Assembly (NCBI RefSeq): GCF_006345805.1
Contig: NC_042999.1
Coordinates: forward strand, 113,274,001-113,338,000
DNA length: 64,000 nucleotides
Direction: 5' to 3'
DNA from: Octopus sinensis
Taxonomy: Eukaryota
In this document: positions 1-13,379 of the stretch, piece by piece
How positions within the stretch are numbered: position 1 is the stretch's first letter
Layout of the letters: each line of letters starts with the position of its first letter
Notes under the pieces: model-generated
Database searches by the model: none
The model's input: the letters and a program-made list of their open reading frames with translations, nothing else
What the model was told of the DNA's origin: nothing
Translations under genes and position numbers: made by a program

Positions 1-477
1 TTTACTCATGCGAGTTTCGTTCTTGTCTAATCACGACTACAGAGGAAAAAGAAGGAACTTATGTTATTTATAAGATTAGAGGAGGCATGACGGGTTGGCG
101 GGTTCGATGACTCCAATTGTATAATTCATAATTAGAGATGTGGGGAGTAATGGGAATTAGTGTAAAATACTTTGTTCTATAATGTGGTAAATATCAGGTT
201 AAGCTTTTCTTTTAATTTATATTTAGGATGCGTATGAGTTGTGTATGAAATAATATTTATACGAAGAGGCACTCACGCATGCATAAATACCAGTAAATAT
301 GAAAGTCACGAAAGTAATGCAAAGGGGGACAACTTCTTTTAATTAGTTGACGTTCAAATTGCATATCTTGGTCGAGTAACTTTTTCTCTATATAAATTTA
401 CTTCTCAGCATAATCTCCATCACAAACGATTCATTTGTGCCATCGTTGAAGTTTGAAACAATTCACTTTCACCTCGT

Positions 478-660
478 CTGTCATCAAATTGTTGTTACTG
501 AAGACTCTTTCTCGAAGAGCGAAGCGCCTCGAAGACAGGAGACATCAGATTCGGGACATACAGTTGATGAGAGTCAGGGGTCGGCACAAAACATCATGGT
601 GACTGTTTTGGAGGATGTCATTCTCCTTGATTTTCTGAAACGTAGTTGTGCCATATTTGA
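478..660 (+). pseudogene. mariner transposase fragment (first catalytic D region)
   Basis: Translation includes HQIVVTED...SQGSAQNIMVTVLEDVILLDFLKRSCAI, matching the mariner IVTGDETW...KVMATVFWD..GVILVDFL..G.TI pattern. 578-660 is the reverse complement of about 1115-1197. Confidence 0.8.
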
Positions 661-1059
661 TGACAGATAATATTTGCACTGTATGAATATTTTTGCATAT
701 ATACACACAGACACACGCACACACTCGCATACATACATGCACACACATACACAAACACGAGCACACATGTATACACATCCCGCACATACACACCAACACA
801 AACATACGTAATTTTCCATAAGCTCAGCTGTTCACAATATTTCTATAAGGATAGACATGTCAGACATTTCATTAATTTCAATAATAATGATGCTATTTAA
901 TATATTCAAACACTTTATACGCACGTATCCAAGATGGAAAAATATTTGCATAAGACGGCTGTCATGTGATATTAATTATAAATTTACCGGTTGCCTGATT
1001 TGTTTTCAAAGATGTATGTGGTTGTAAAATGTCAGGGTGAATGTGGATCATTTCAGATT

Positions 1060-1673
1060 TTTCTTTTGTCGTTTCCTAAGCTTTTTAAGTATTTCAATGT
1101 GCTGCTTGTTGTTTATGGTACAACTACGTTTCAGAAAATCAAGGAGAATGACATCCTTCAAAACAGTCACCATGATGTTTTGTACCGACCCCTGACTTTT
1201 CATCGACTTAGGCTTTGGAGAAGAGGTATGGCTTCATTCTATGTACTGAACCTTAGTTTTTGGATCATAAAGATACAACCACGTTTCGTCTTCTGTCACT
1301 ATGTTGGAAAATACGTGTCTTCATTGGATCCAAACGCTTTCAGCAGATCAGAACCAACCTCGAAATTTCTCTCCTTCCAATCGAATGTCAAATGTTGTGG
1401 AACTCATTTTGGACCTATTTTCCGATACCCGAAGTCTTCTTGCATCTTCTGTAATGTTTTATGACTATATAGTCAAGTTGTGCAGCAAGTTGCGTAGACT
1501 CGTTTGTATGCGCCAATCAATCCGTTCACTCGCTGGTGACTCATGTCAGTGGTTGCAGTTGATGGTCATCTACTTCATGGTTTCTCTTCAATATAGTTTT
1601 GTTCTATAATCTTCATTTGTTTGTGCACATTGCTCTTGTCAATGGTATCATCTCAACAATGGTATCATCTCAA
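1060..1673 (-). pseudogene. decayed mariner transposase, central part
   Basis: Minus-strand reading gives DDTIDKSNVHK (HTH), IVTEDETWLYLYDPKTKVQ, MVTVLKDVILLDFLKRSCTINNKQHIEILKKLRKR, with stops and frameshifts. Confidence 0.88.
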
Positions 1674-2079
1674 CATTAGTTGAAAGAGTCCTTTCTCCGA
1701 AACTTCAGAGTGTGCATTTTAAATAATTATATCATGAGTAATCTGATTATATATACATATATTTATATACACACACACATATATATATATATACATATAC
1801 AAACACATATCACACGTCTTCATGATTTTTTAAATCTATACTAGCCATCTTAATTTAATTCTTTAGACAATAATAATAGCAAGCCCTTTTTGGGCTCTCG
1901 TTTAATGAACCAGGGCTAATGTGAATCCCAAGACTAGCCACCCAACACATGTCCATTAATTTTAAGCTCCTAAAAATTTGTGAACAAATACAAGAGTATA
2001 AATATGTATTCTTAGAACTGGCAGGTGGTTATATTTATGTAAATGGTTTGGTGTGATTGATAGACGTTCTTAAATAATC

Positions 2080-2297
2080 TAGTACGGAGCTTGGACTTCA
2101 GGCAGAAGTAGGCATAACTTTATACTAACTGCAATAGGTTTTTAGAACTGCACACGCTGGTAGACTAAATCTACCTTGATAGTATCTCTTTTTCCTGTTC
2201 TTGCAGACAATGGCAGCCAAGCAGAAGCAACGTGCCGTGTTCGAGCTCTTGAAAGAGGGATGCATGCTGTCGACATCCACAGAAACTTGCACACACA
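2080..2297 (+). pseudogene. mariner 5' region and transposase N-terminus
   Basis: ATG at about 2210 reads MAAKQKQRAVFELLKEGC, then after a frameshift HAVDIHRNLHT, a mariner N-terminal HTH pattern (QRAVI.F....G....IH..L). It ends abruptly at the LINE. Confidence 0.65.
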
Positions 2298-5200
2298 GGG
2301 TGCGAAAGTCTCGCAAACCTGCTCAGTCGTTTTCAGCTGGCGGACAGGTTCAGACTGGATTTCGCGAACACTCCAGTGTGGTCATGGGCAAATAATGTCG
2401 GGTCATCCAGATCTTACCTAGATAGGGTATTTTGTAGGCCAGCAGATAGGAATAACATTGGTTGTCCACAATTTGAATTTGTTAACTACACAGACCATAA
2501 ATTTTTGATCTGTATGGTTGACCTAAATAGGCTCCATAGGCAGGGACCCAGATACAAGAAGCTGAACGCGTCCTTCTCGGCGCGTTAAGCTTTCAGAGAC
2601 TAGCTTAGCAAGTTAGTCCATCAAAAGTTGACTGGAGCAGTCGTCAACAACCGATGGTGGGAGATCCTAAAACGGGTGATTATAGTAGAAGCTGCAGAAT
2701 TTAGCAGAGAACTAGTGATAGAGAAGACTAGAGTAGAGGGAGACCTAGTTAGGAAATTAGAAGAGGCATAGCGACCGACGTGCTGGCAGCAAGATTGGTT
2801 CTGAATCAATTCTTCGACACCAAGCATGAAGGTTGCATTGTCAGAGCGAGGGGAGCGTGCTCTAAAGCAGGAGTGAACGAAAGCCGTTCGATGGGCCCGG
2901 ATGGCCGAGGCGCAACGTGGCAATAAAACTACAATTCGATCTTTGAGGAGCCAGGTCGGGTGCATGTTACACGAATCGAAGTAGATTTATGCGGAATTTC
3001 AGCGGGACTTTGCTGAACTGTAATGGAGCGTGTGGTGGCCCGGAGGTGAAGGTGAACTTTACTTCCTACCTTGAAGGCATTGCCGCGGCTCTGGGCCAGG
3101 GACGTGGAGTTCTGCGAGATGCAGATAACAGCTGAAGATATACGTGACGCGTTGGCTAGTTGCACAAGGGAGAAGTCTCCGGGATTGGATGGTCTACCCT
3201 TCGAGATTTATATACATATGCCAGACTTGTTGGTTGAGCTTTTGGGAGACGTCTACCGCAACAGGCAGCTGAATGGGAGAATACTTGGATCTGTGAGCCG
3301 AGATGTATGACGCTGTTAAGAAAGGACCCGAATAAGGGAGACATTGTTGATAACTTTAGGCCGGTAACTCTGCTAAATACAGTTTACAAAATCTTGGCCG
3401 AGGTGTTAGCAAAGAGGTTGGCGTTTGTCGTTGACAGACTGGTGGATGATGCGCAGACTTGCGATATCCCCAGCAGAACTATACACTACAACCTCCACCT
3501 CACGTGAAACATCATAGAGAGGGTTGGTAAAAAACATGACATGGGTGGGGCCCTCATCCATTTGGATCAATCGAAAGCTTTTGATTGGGTGGACCATCTG
3601 TATTTGGAGGCGTTCCTCAAGGCGGCTGGTTTCGGTTCCATTTTCAGAGGCTGGATCGCTGCATTCTACAGTGACATCTGTTCGGTGGTCAAAGTAAATG
3701 GCCATCTCTCGGAATCGATTAGTATCGCACATTCGGTCTGTCAAGTATGCCCACTCTCACTCCTTCTCTATGAACAGGCACTCGAGCCATTACTGCGGAA
3801 GCTGGAAGTTTCGAGGGGTATCCTGCATGAACTGGGATTAAGAAGGTTTTTTGTCAGCGTATGCAGACGACGACACCGTGATAATGTCGGGCATCTCGGA
3901 AATCGGCATGGTTGGAACTACCTTAATGGAATATGAAGCGGGGACAGTTGCAATGATCAACCAGGAGAAGTAAGTGGACTTGCAGCTCGGAATCTGGACA
4001 GGTAGGCCCATGCCAACCGATAACGTGGTGGGGCGCTGGACGGAAGGTCCTGTTAAGTTGCTTGGGGTCTGTTTCGGTCCAGATTTCCAAGTGGACAACA
4101 ACTAGCGTGAGGTGACAGGTAGGGAGGCCAGTCTCACCCAGAAATGGGTAGAGAGGAAGCTCTCCCTGAAAGGTCGGGTGGAGGTGACGAATGTATACAT
4201 CGCATCTGTCATATACTACCGCCCGACTATCGTACCTTGCCCAACTTCGTGGCTGAACGGGCTGGTGCGTTTGCTTTTTCACTACCTGTGGAGGGGACAA
4301 GTACCGCTTGTCAGACGGTCCATTTGCTGTCAGCATCCGTTGCGTAGAGGACTGGTCATGCCGTGGCTGAGGATGCACAGACATGCACTGAGGCTGCGAC
4401 ATCTTCAGCGATACCTTAACTGCGAGCAAGTGTGGTCGCCGTTTGTTGAACGCGCTTTTCTGTAGCAAGTTTCCTTGATGGAACTACAGTTCTGGATCAG
4501 GCGTAGACCGAGGCAGGGCACTTGAGACCTAGAGTGTCTTCAAGCGCTCACAGCCCTCGGACAGTCTGACAATGCGGTTGCTGGAAGTTCCGCCTTGGAG
4601 TTCTATAGGGGATTAGTGGAGGGCAAGAACAACGACGTACTCAGAGAGGTCCTGAGCGTCGAGGGGGATAAACTGGCTGGTCTTTTTCGGAGGATTTTCG
4701 GGCCGGGAACTATGGATAACTTCCAGAAATCCTTGGCCTGGCAGTGCTAGCGGAGGTGGGGCACTGCCAGTTCGAGATAGCTCTACAGGTACGGGTGTGC
4801 AGTCAATCGGCCTTGTCCAAGATGCACACGGGGCGATGAAACCGTTCTACATGCTCTCGTAATGTCTGCGTATTGCTGACTTGTAGAGATTTGTCGAACA
4901 GTTATTGTCACGTGTAGGACGGATCCAGCTACCGTCCGAGTCCACTGTGAAGATTGCTCCGCCTCCTTCCCTTGGCCGGGAAAAGAGGATAATTTTTCTG
5001 TCTGGTGGCTATGGCAAAAGAGGTTTTGTGGTGGACGCGATTCAAAGGGTTGAAGAAGGATACCTTCTTCTTTGGCCAAAGCCTCACTGACTTTTACAGG
5101 TTCCATCTGAAAAGGAAAGGGAGGCTGGCGAGGGCGGTACTGTCACTTAGTAAGTTCGTTGAAGGTGGGTGAATGTGGCAAGAATGGGCCTAAACTAAGT

Positions 5201-5370
5201 GTGCGCCTGTAGGCCGGATAGAAGGGAGAAGAGAGGGTACTTTCCTGAGAAGACGTTGGTGCGTGTGATCTCCTTGGTCACCTTACGGTGGAACTCCACC
5301 CCGCTATTGGAGAAGCATATTGTTGATTTTATCTCTTTGTTAATCGTCATGTTTGTTTACTGTTTACCTT
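2298..5370 (+). mobile_element. 5'-truncated, decayed L1/Tx1-clade LINE ORF2 (APE end, RT, C-terminal zinc finger)
   Basis: Collinear motifs: SRSYLDRVF..TDHK (APE end), KSPGLDGLPFEIY, FRPVTLLNTVYKILA, LDQSKAFDWVDH, CPLSLLLY, AYADD (about 3860), CPRCTRGDETVLHA (about 4812), RWVNVARM. Many stops and frameshifts. Confidence 0.93.
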
Positions 5371-5371
5371 G

Positions 5372-5575
5372 CAGAATCATTAGCACGCCGGGAAAAATGC
5401 TTAGTGACATTTCTCTTGTCTTTACGTTCTGGGTTCAAATTCCGCTGAGGTCGACTTTGTCTTTCATCCTTTCGGGGTCGATAAAATAAGTACCAGTTGA
5501 ACAATGGGGTCGATGTAATCGACTAGTCCCCTCCCTCAACAATTTCAGGCATTATACCTATTGTAGAAATAATAA
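5372..5575 (+). mobile_element. SINE family A (tRNA-derived, ~200 bp, AAT tail)
   Basis: CAGAATCATTAGCACGCCGG...GGTTCAAATTCC...GTCGACTTTG..TTTCATCCTTTCGGGGTCGATAAAATAAGTACCAGTTGA, then an AAT tail. Homologous to several other copies in the window. Confidence 0.88.
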
Positions 5576-5650
5576 TAATAATAATAATAATAATTATTAT
5601 TATTATTGACACAGACGTATACACAAGCACATATATATATATATGTACAT

Positions 5651-5750
5651 AGGCATGGTTGTGTGGTAAGAAGCTTGCTTCGCAACCACATGGTTCTAGG
5701 TTCAGTCCCAATGCGTGGCACCTTGGGCAAGTGTCTTCTACTATAGCCTT
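5651..5750 (+). mobile_element. SINE family B head (partial)
   Basis: GGCATGGTTGTGTGGTAAGAAGCTTGCTT...GGTTCAGTCCCA.TGCGTGGCACCTTGGGCAAGTGTCTTCTACTATAGCC; A/B-box-like motifs, same head as 20401 and 22557. Confidence 0.85.
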
Positions 5751-5777
5751 GTGAGACTATTATTCATTGGAAGTGTA

Positions 5778-5992
5778 GGAAGGGGTACTAAAAAGTTACT
5801 GGTTTTAAAGGTGTCGTGAAAGGCCTGGTTGGAGAACCGACCTTCCGACTTCTTTTACAGGGTTTAGAAAACTGTAGGGCCGCTGCAATAAGTGCGTGAA
5901 TCTAAGAGGGGAATATGTCGAATAAAATCATCATTAACTGATCCTCGTGTATTTCCTTTTACTCAAAGCCAGGAACTTTTCAGTATCCTCTC
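5778..5992. mobile_element. mariner-type MITE with ~29-bp imperfect TIRs
   Basis: AGGGGTACTAAAAAGTTACTGGTTTTAAAG (about 5781-5810) is an imperfect inverse of CTCAAAGCCAGGAACTTTTCAGTATCCTC (5962-5990). No coding capacity. Confidence 0.7.
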
Positions 5993-6809
5993 TTAATTGT
6001 CTGGCAGAATCACTTGAACGTCTACGTACGCTTTGAGTTCAAAGGAAACCCTACCAGAACCAATTTCATCTTCCTTATCGTCAAGGAATAAAGAAACAAG
6101 TCTCAATATGCAGTGATTTACTTAGCTGGAGTTGTTATTGCTTTTGTATTTGTTGCTGTTGTCGTCTAGTCTCTGGCCATTTGTAATCGAGCAAACTTAA
6201 AAGCAAAAAGAAAAAAAAAGAATAAAACAGAGCCAGTAAAAATACTGCATACTTTCCTTTTCAGGTATTATGTATTTAGAGACGCATTAATCAGTGTATC
6301 ACTTTTTTTAATAAGGTAGCGTGATGTGATTTGAAAGGGAATATGACCACCTTAACGGTCCCCCTCAACGCATCGTCTCCCTCAGTGGCTTTGTATGTTT
6401 CTATCATTGGTTCTTGAGATTACTTCCTTGGCTCATGATACTTTATCGTTGACACATGCAATTCACCTCTTCGGCTTTCTATTCACAACTCAGTAGATTT
6501 TACATCTTCCTTAGCATAACTTGCCTTGTACGTATTCAAAATAATTCAATATTTATGTATGTACCACTCGGTGAATTGCGCTAGAAAGTAAATAAAACAT
6601 CGATCAAGTTTTAAAGAGACCTCTTCTTGAGATACTAAATGTTATGTAAACGACAGAGAAGACATCAGATGTCAACGTAGTTCATTGTATTCGCTTTCTG
6701 TAATCAAGTTAAGAAAAGTCAAAATATTATTTGACAACGAGCAAACTAACATATCGGTAAACACTTCTGTCAACTTTGTAATCGATAGCACGCATGTAAA
6801 CACATACAC

Positions 6810-7002
6810 AGCACACACACACACACACACGCAAAGACATACGCGCACGCACACGCATATACACACTCACTGTTTATCTTATGTGTGTAAATATATATGC
6901 ACAAGCATGTATAAATACGTGTATATTTAAACGCTAGTTTGGCCATATATAAATATATCTAGGTGCGTATCTATCTCTAGATGTCTGTATGTGTGTGTGT
7001 AT

Positions 7003-7057
<55 letters not shown>

Positions 7058-7224
7058 CAGACACAGCTGTATATAATAATATAAAGATATACGCAAATAT
7101 ATCTAAATACACCTAACATACATAAGATAAAGTTGAGGGAAAATAGCACGCACTCACATATACACGTGTACATGCATACATACATACTTACATACATACA
7201 TTCATACATACGTATGAGCATATG

Positions 7225-7274
<50 letters not shown>

Positions 7275-7290
7275 CATCTAAGCATACATA
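6810..7290. repeat. compound (CA)n/(TA)n microsatellite region
   Basis: Directly visible dinucleotide tracts. Confidence 0.9.
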
Positions 7291-8404
7291 CGCATAAAAA
7301 GTATGTACACTCACTCACCTGCTCATGTAAATGTCAGTTCTGTAAACCAGTCCACAATCTGCTAAGTAAATAATTGCCTATCGTAGTAATTCTCATATAA
7401 GTAGGCAATTAATACAGGACCTCATCAACTGGACAACTTGGTGAATTAATGATGTAATTGATTCTTCCATCCCAATCAATAAGCCAGTCTCTACTTGTAG
7501 TAGCCATCAAAGGTGTATGTTTGCAGTCTGCTAGCCTCTCGTTACCTAGCCTCCTCCAGAGTTTACAGTTCTAGTTTAACATCAACCACCCCCATCTCCC
7601 AATCTTAAGCTAGCCCACTCACATGTAATCACCAGTCTATTAGTTTAGCTTCCACTCCAGCCATCTTACAATAATCATTTACATACTCCTCTCTCATATT
7701 TTAATACTTTATTATCTTTTTCAGTAAAAGTTTTAGCTGGCGGTGTTGTTAGAGAGTTGGAGAAAAAAATCGTTGCCGGCAATCCTTCTAGCTATTTATT
7801 TTCTGAGTTCTAATCCTTCAGAGGACGTCAACTTTGACTTCCATTCCTTCGGGATGATTAAATAAGCAATAGTATCAGTTCAGTTGACTAGCTCCCGCCT
7901 CCAAAATTTTTGGCCTTGTGTCAATAGTAGAAAGAATTATCTTTTTAGTAAGGCGCTGAGATGGCAGGAGCGTTGGTTAAAAAATATTTGCTGTTTTTTC
8001 TTGCAACCTTTTACGTTCGGTGTTCAAATCCTGTTGTCGTCATTTTTAAAAATCTTTTTCAGGTTGGTAAAATAAAGTACTAGTTAAATATAGAGTTCGA
8101 TAATATCGACTAACCCACCTCCCTTCAAAATTGCTGGTCTTCTACCTAAATCAGAAATAATAATCATTTCAGATGTTTTCATCTCGCCACTACAAGAAAT
8201 AGCAGACAACTCAAATCATACCCCCCAGTTTTGAAAAAGAAACATATTGTGTTCATTATAATGTGCACATACACTCACGCCATCCCCACACTAGTTCGAC
8301 CAGTGCTTAAGGAAATAAATTTCTTTTACAATAATACCATTCTTTAAGAACTGCCTCTCCATGCACCTGTCCCATATGAATCTCTTATATTTTACTTATC
8401 TACC

Positions 8405-8753
8405 ATTTGGCTGCAGCCCTGTTGGAACACAGTTCTGAAGGGTTTAATCGAACAAATCGATCCCAGAACTTATTTTAAAATCTTGTAGTTATTCAGTCGG
8501 ATCTCTTTTACCAAACCGCTAAGTTACGGGGACATAAACAAATCAACACAAAACAAATTGTTCTACGGGTGCAAACACAAACACACACACACATACGACG
8601 AGCTTCCACACAGTTTCCACACACCAAATTCACTCACAACGCATTAGTTGACACGAAGCTATAGTAGAGGTACTCTTGCCCAAGATGCCATGCAGTGAGA
8701 CTGAACCCGAGACTATATGGTTGGGAAACAAGCTTCTTAACCACATAGTCATG
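8405..8753 (-). mobile_element. SINE family B, near full length
   Basis: Reverse complement of the family B head (CTTCTTAACCACATAGTCATG, CTTGCCCAAGATGCCA..CAGTGAGACTGAACCC) plus body with an internal (CA)n. Confidence 0.85.
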
Positions 8754-9300
8754 TCGAGACAAAGACTTCAGATGGAATCCTTCATTTATCAAGAACAGTC
8801 ATATGATTTAAATTGAACATGCCTAACACTGATACGATTTTTTTGTATATATTAAAAGAGAAAGATTCATACATCTTAAGGACGTGGAGTCTCCCAGCAA
8901 GCAGTGAGTACAAGGGAGTTAATCATATTTAGCAGAATTAGTACGTTTCAATTTGAAATTTGGGAAGAAGCTTAAAGTATATATAGTTATGTATTTATTT
9001 AGTTTGGTTACTTATTACATAGGTTGTAAAATTTCTAGTCTTAGATATTCGGGTATAGTGCCATTGCACTGTTTTCAGAAATCACGAATGTGGCATGAAC
9101 CGAGGTATATAAATTACATATTTTAAGAAGCGAGACATTTCTTCTTTCTGTAGATTTACTTTAAAAGATAAAACACAAAATTTTGGGTTTCTTCTATCTA
9201 TTTTTAATTTATATTTTACACTTTACTTTTGACTTTATGTTAAACTGCTTTTAATTCTCTACTTTATTTTCATTTGAATTTGCGTGGGCAAACGCAGTCT

Positions 9301-9303
<3 letters not shown>

Positions 9304-9361
<58 letters not shown>

Positions 9362-9578
9362 AACGCTTACGTACCCTTCAACTAGAGTTTAAAGCTAGCT
9401 TTGATATATACTCTCTTGCGTTTTCATGCATACTTGCATGCTTGCATACATAAATGTGTGAATGTATGTATATGCATATGTATACGTGTGTACATATATA
9501 GATTTCAGTATCAGCACAAATTTCAGGATAAATGTACACCACATCATATTTATTTGTGCATATCTGTGCGTGTGTGTG

Positions 9579-9642
<64 letters not shown>
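9304..9642. repeat. (TA)n at 9304-9359 and (CT)n at 9582-9642
   Basis: Directly visible. Confidence 0.95.
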
Positions 9643-10355
9643 TCACATCTAAATCGGCTTTTAATAGGTAAAATGGTTTCAAAATAATCCTGTCTCAAAT
9701 GATAACCATTATTATATTTTACTCTCTCTACTTTCAATTCTGGCTTCATTTCATTAAGCTTTATCTAGCTGTTGATTGGTTGTATGTATCGCAGCGTTAA
9801 CTGGTAAATTTTACCCCTATAAATGTTTCCATTCCGGCAGAAGAGAGCTAATTTAACAAATTGCAGAGTCGAAACGCCTTCAACTGAACGTCCTTTTTTT
9901 CTTTTCGTGCATGTCTTGCTTCCGTTTTAAACATTGCATAGATTTCATTCCATTCTCTTTCTCTCCCTCTCTCCCCTCTCTCTCTCTCTAAGAATGACTA
10001 AATAATGAAGTGATATTTAAATATTTTATATTTGCTGATACATTTTATTTAGAAATTATCCTTTGCAAAAACTATAATTCAACATACCATTATCACGTTT
10101 TTCAAACATCCTCATTGCATACCGTATATTTTACTTGAATAAAATCTTACCTTCACTATTCAATCGATACTAAAATCAAACTGCTAAATCCATTTACCTA
10201 CTTATATTTATTGTTGTTCTTATTCCTAGTGCTTCTGTAAAATATTACTTACATGCGTTTAAATCTAACTTTGCAGAATAGAAGAACAGAACACGATGTC
10301 TGTATGTGCATTTGTCTATGATTACTTTATATATCCTTGTGTTAAATTAGATTGC

Positions 10356-10356
<1 letters not shown>

Positions 10357-10406
<50 letters not shown>

Positions 10407-10625
10407 ACACATGTATATATATATATATATGTATATATATGTATGTATATATATATGTATATATAAATGTATATATATGTATATATATAAATGTATATAT
10501 ATATGCATATATATATATATACATAAATGTATATATATGCATATATACATATATAAATGTATATATATGCATATATATATATATAAATGTATACATGTAT
10601 ACATATATATATATATGCATATATA
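10357..10625. repeat. (CA)n followed by interrupted (TA)n
   Basis: Directly visible; recurring TAAATG interruptions. Confidence 0.95.
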
Positions 10626-11289
10626 TGTGTGTGTGTTTGTGTATGCATATATAAATTTTAAAATATATATCTGGGTAATTTATTGTTTGTGTGTTTTTAT
10701 ATTTTGTGTTTATCAAATATATCTCCTTAAAAATCTCTTATAACTATCTGAAACTATCTTTTCTATTTGATAACTACTTTACTAGTTATTTGAAAAAGAC
10801 TACTTTTCTTTTATTTCAGAACTTTTTACTAGATTAAAATTAGTAAATATTAATATTCGTTCTTAAAGTATCGACATAAAAATTGGTGCTCACTAAAATT
10901 GAAGGTTCTAGCAAGTCTAGTGCTCTAATCGTTGTAAGAGTAGCTTATTAAGACGGCTCAGTTAGTTATATTACCGTAAACGAGTGGGTCTGCAGAAAGA
11001 TGGTGTTGATGGCTGAGATAGTAGAGCACTAGATGAAAACGTATAATAGTATTTAATTTTTCCCCAACTATTAATAGACATATATGAATACATTGAGCAC
11101 CGGAGTGCGTTCGTGGTAATTGAATTAGTTGTAACTGATTATGGAGATAATTTTTTTTATGTGTGTGTATGGGGCTATTAACTATTTTAAAGAGCTTATA
11201 TATATATAAAACTGCGAGGGTATGATTTTTAAGCTACATTGTATGAATTATAGATATTAAGAATTAAATGCATTAAGTAAATTATAGAC

Positions 11290-11422
11290 GCTGGCATAGC
11301 TATGCGGTTAAAACGTTCGTTTTGCAATCACTGCGTTTCGGATTCAGTCCCACTGCACAGCATTATAGGCAAATGTCTTCTAGATATTATTTCCCAGGGC
11401 GACGAATGACTTGTGAGTGAAT
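11290..11422 (+). mobile_element. degenerate SINE family B head
   Basis: GCATAGCTATGCGGTTAA...GGATTCAGTCCCACTGCACAGCA...GGCAAATGTCTTCTA..., similar to the other family B heads. Confidence 0.7.
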
Positions 11423-11654
11423 ATAATTTATACAATGTAACTTATAAATCATAACCTCGCAGTTTTTATATATTTATAACCCCTTTAAATTACCTCAGTG
11501 CATAACTGATACTTTATTTTATAAGAAAAAGAATGCAAAAAAATAAAAAGCTGGAAGAAATATCACAAAGAACTTTTCAAGCGCCCCCAAAATTCTGCCA
11601 GTTCTGTTTTCATGATCGTAATAATTCTTTCTTTACTAACTTTTGGACAAGGCC

Positions 11655-11860
11655 AGCAATTTTTGAGGGAGAGGGCAAGGCAATCACTTCGCCCCCCACC
11701 CCTCACCTCACTTGAGTGGTATTATTTTATTGCTATCAACCTCGAAATGAAGAGAGGTAAAATCGACTTCGGTGGATTTTGAACTCATAACATGAGGAGT
11801 CAGAAGAAATGTCGCTAAGTATTTTGTCCTGCGTGTTAACAATTCAACTAGCTCGTCTCC
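11655..11860 (-). mobile_element. degenerate SINE family A
   Basis: GGTAAAATCGACTTCGGTGGATTTTGAACTC...CGCTAAGTATTTTGTCCTGCGTGTTAAC, reverse-complement family A. Confidence 0.72.
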
Positions 11861-12184
11861 TTAATTTTGTCTTTGATAATAAGCATTCTTTCTACTAAAG
11901 TACAAAGAATTATTATTATTAAAGTCAATTATATCGACCTCAGTGCTCAACAGGTCCTTAATTTATCAACCCAGAAAGGATGCAATAAAAAGTCGACCTC
12001 CGAATATAAAGCCAGAAGAAACGCCAGGATTTATTGAAACCCTCAAATCCAGTACGTGAATGGTGTTTTATTTTATCCGAAAGGATAAGAGACGAAGATG
12101 ATCTCGACGGGATTTGTAAAGAGTTGGATGAAATACCGAAAAGCAATTCTTCCAACTTGCTGTTTTAATGATAATAATAATAAT

Positions 12185-12396
12185 CCTTTCTATTAAAGGC
12201 ACAAGGCCTGAAATTTATGAGGAAGGGACTAGTCGATTTCATCGACCTTAATACTCAACTGGTACTTATTTCATCGACCCCGAGAGGATGAAAAGCAAAG
12301 TCGACCTCGGCAGAATTTGAACTTAAAATGTATCGGGAGACGAAATACTACTAACCCTTTCGCCCGGCGTGCTAACGATTCTGCCGGCTCACCGCC

Positions 12397-12398
<2 letters not shown>
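12185..12398 (-). mobile_element. SINE family A, full length
   Basis: CTGGTACTTATTTCATCGACCCCGAGAGGATGAAAAGCAAAGTCGACCTCGGCAGAATTTGAAC...GCTAACGATTCTGCCGGCTCACCGCC. Confidence 0.9.
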
Positions 12399-12439
<41 letters not shown>

Positions 12440-12461
12440 GAAGAAGAAGAAGAAGAAGAAA

Positions 12462-13379
12462 CAACAAAAGCTATAAAACAAATGAAATCCAAACTAAAAA
12501 TAGAACAGCAACGAACCATGATAAAACGATGGCAAGAAAAGCCCCTTCATGGTAAATACTGGACTAAACTAAACGCAAAAGAAATAGACAAAGAAAAATC
12601 CCAGCAATGGTTGAGAAGCCCAGGACTCAAAGCAGAAACAGAGGGATTTTTAATTGCAGCACAAGACCAAAGGCTCCCCACCAGAAATTACCAAAAACAT
12701 GTAATGAAAAGTAACTGCAGAATATGTGGAGATGGACAAGAAACAATAAATCATATTATCTCTAGCTGCCCAGTCTTGGCTAAGAAGGAATATATTCACA
12801 GACATGACAGAGTTGGAACCTACATACATTGGAAGCTATGCCAACATTATGGAATAACAACAGAAAAAAGATGGTATAGGCACACACCAGAAAAGGTCAC
12901 AGAAAACGAGAAAGCAACCATACTCTGGGATATGCCGATACACACAGATAGAGAAATTAAGGCCAACAGACCAGATATAGTTGTCAGAGATCATGAAGAA
13001 AAAAAATGCTTTCTAATTGATGTATCAATACCGGCTGATGACAACGTGTCTCTAAAAGAAATGGAGAAACTCTCAAAATACAAAGACCTGGAAATTGAGG
13101 TAACTAGAATGTGGAATCTGAAAACAGAAACAGTTCCTATCATAGTAGGTGCATTAGGCATGATAAAAAAATATTCAGACAAATACATAACAAAAACACC
13201 AGGACTTACAAACACATATAACATACAGAAAATTGCACTACTAGGCACTGCACACATCCTACGCAGAACACTTTCCATACAATAACCATCAGAGCATCAC
13301 AACAAATCACAGCACATACCCAAGGCACACAGAGCTGTGCTCGGTAGTGAAGTGAAAGCACGCTATAAAAATAAAACTA

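Noticed and set aside
2298-5370. L1/Tx1 ORF2 as an active gene
   Set aside because: It is 5'-truncated with many stops and frameshifts, and the QG motif is altered.
12991-13278. Antisense ORF MESVLRRMCAVPSS..., repeated at 30846 and 31528
   Set aside because: It is the reverse frame of the R4 endonuclease region and recurs only because the element is repeated.
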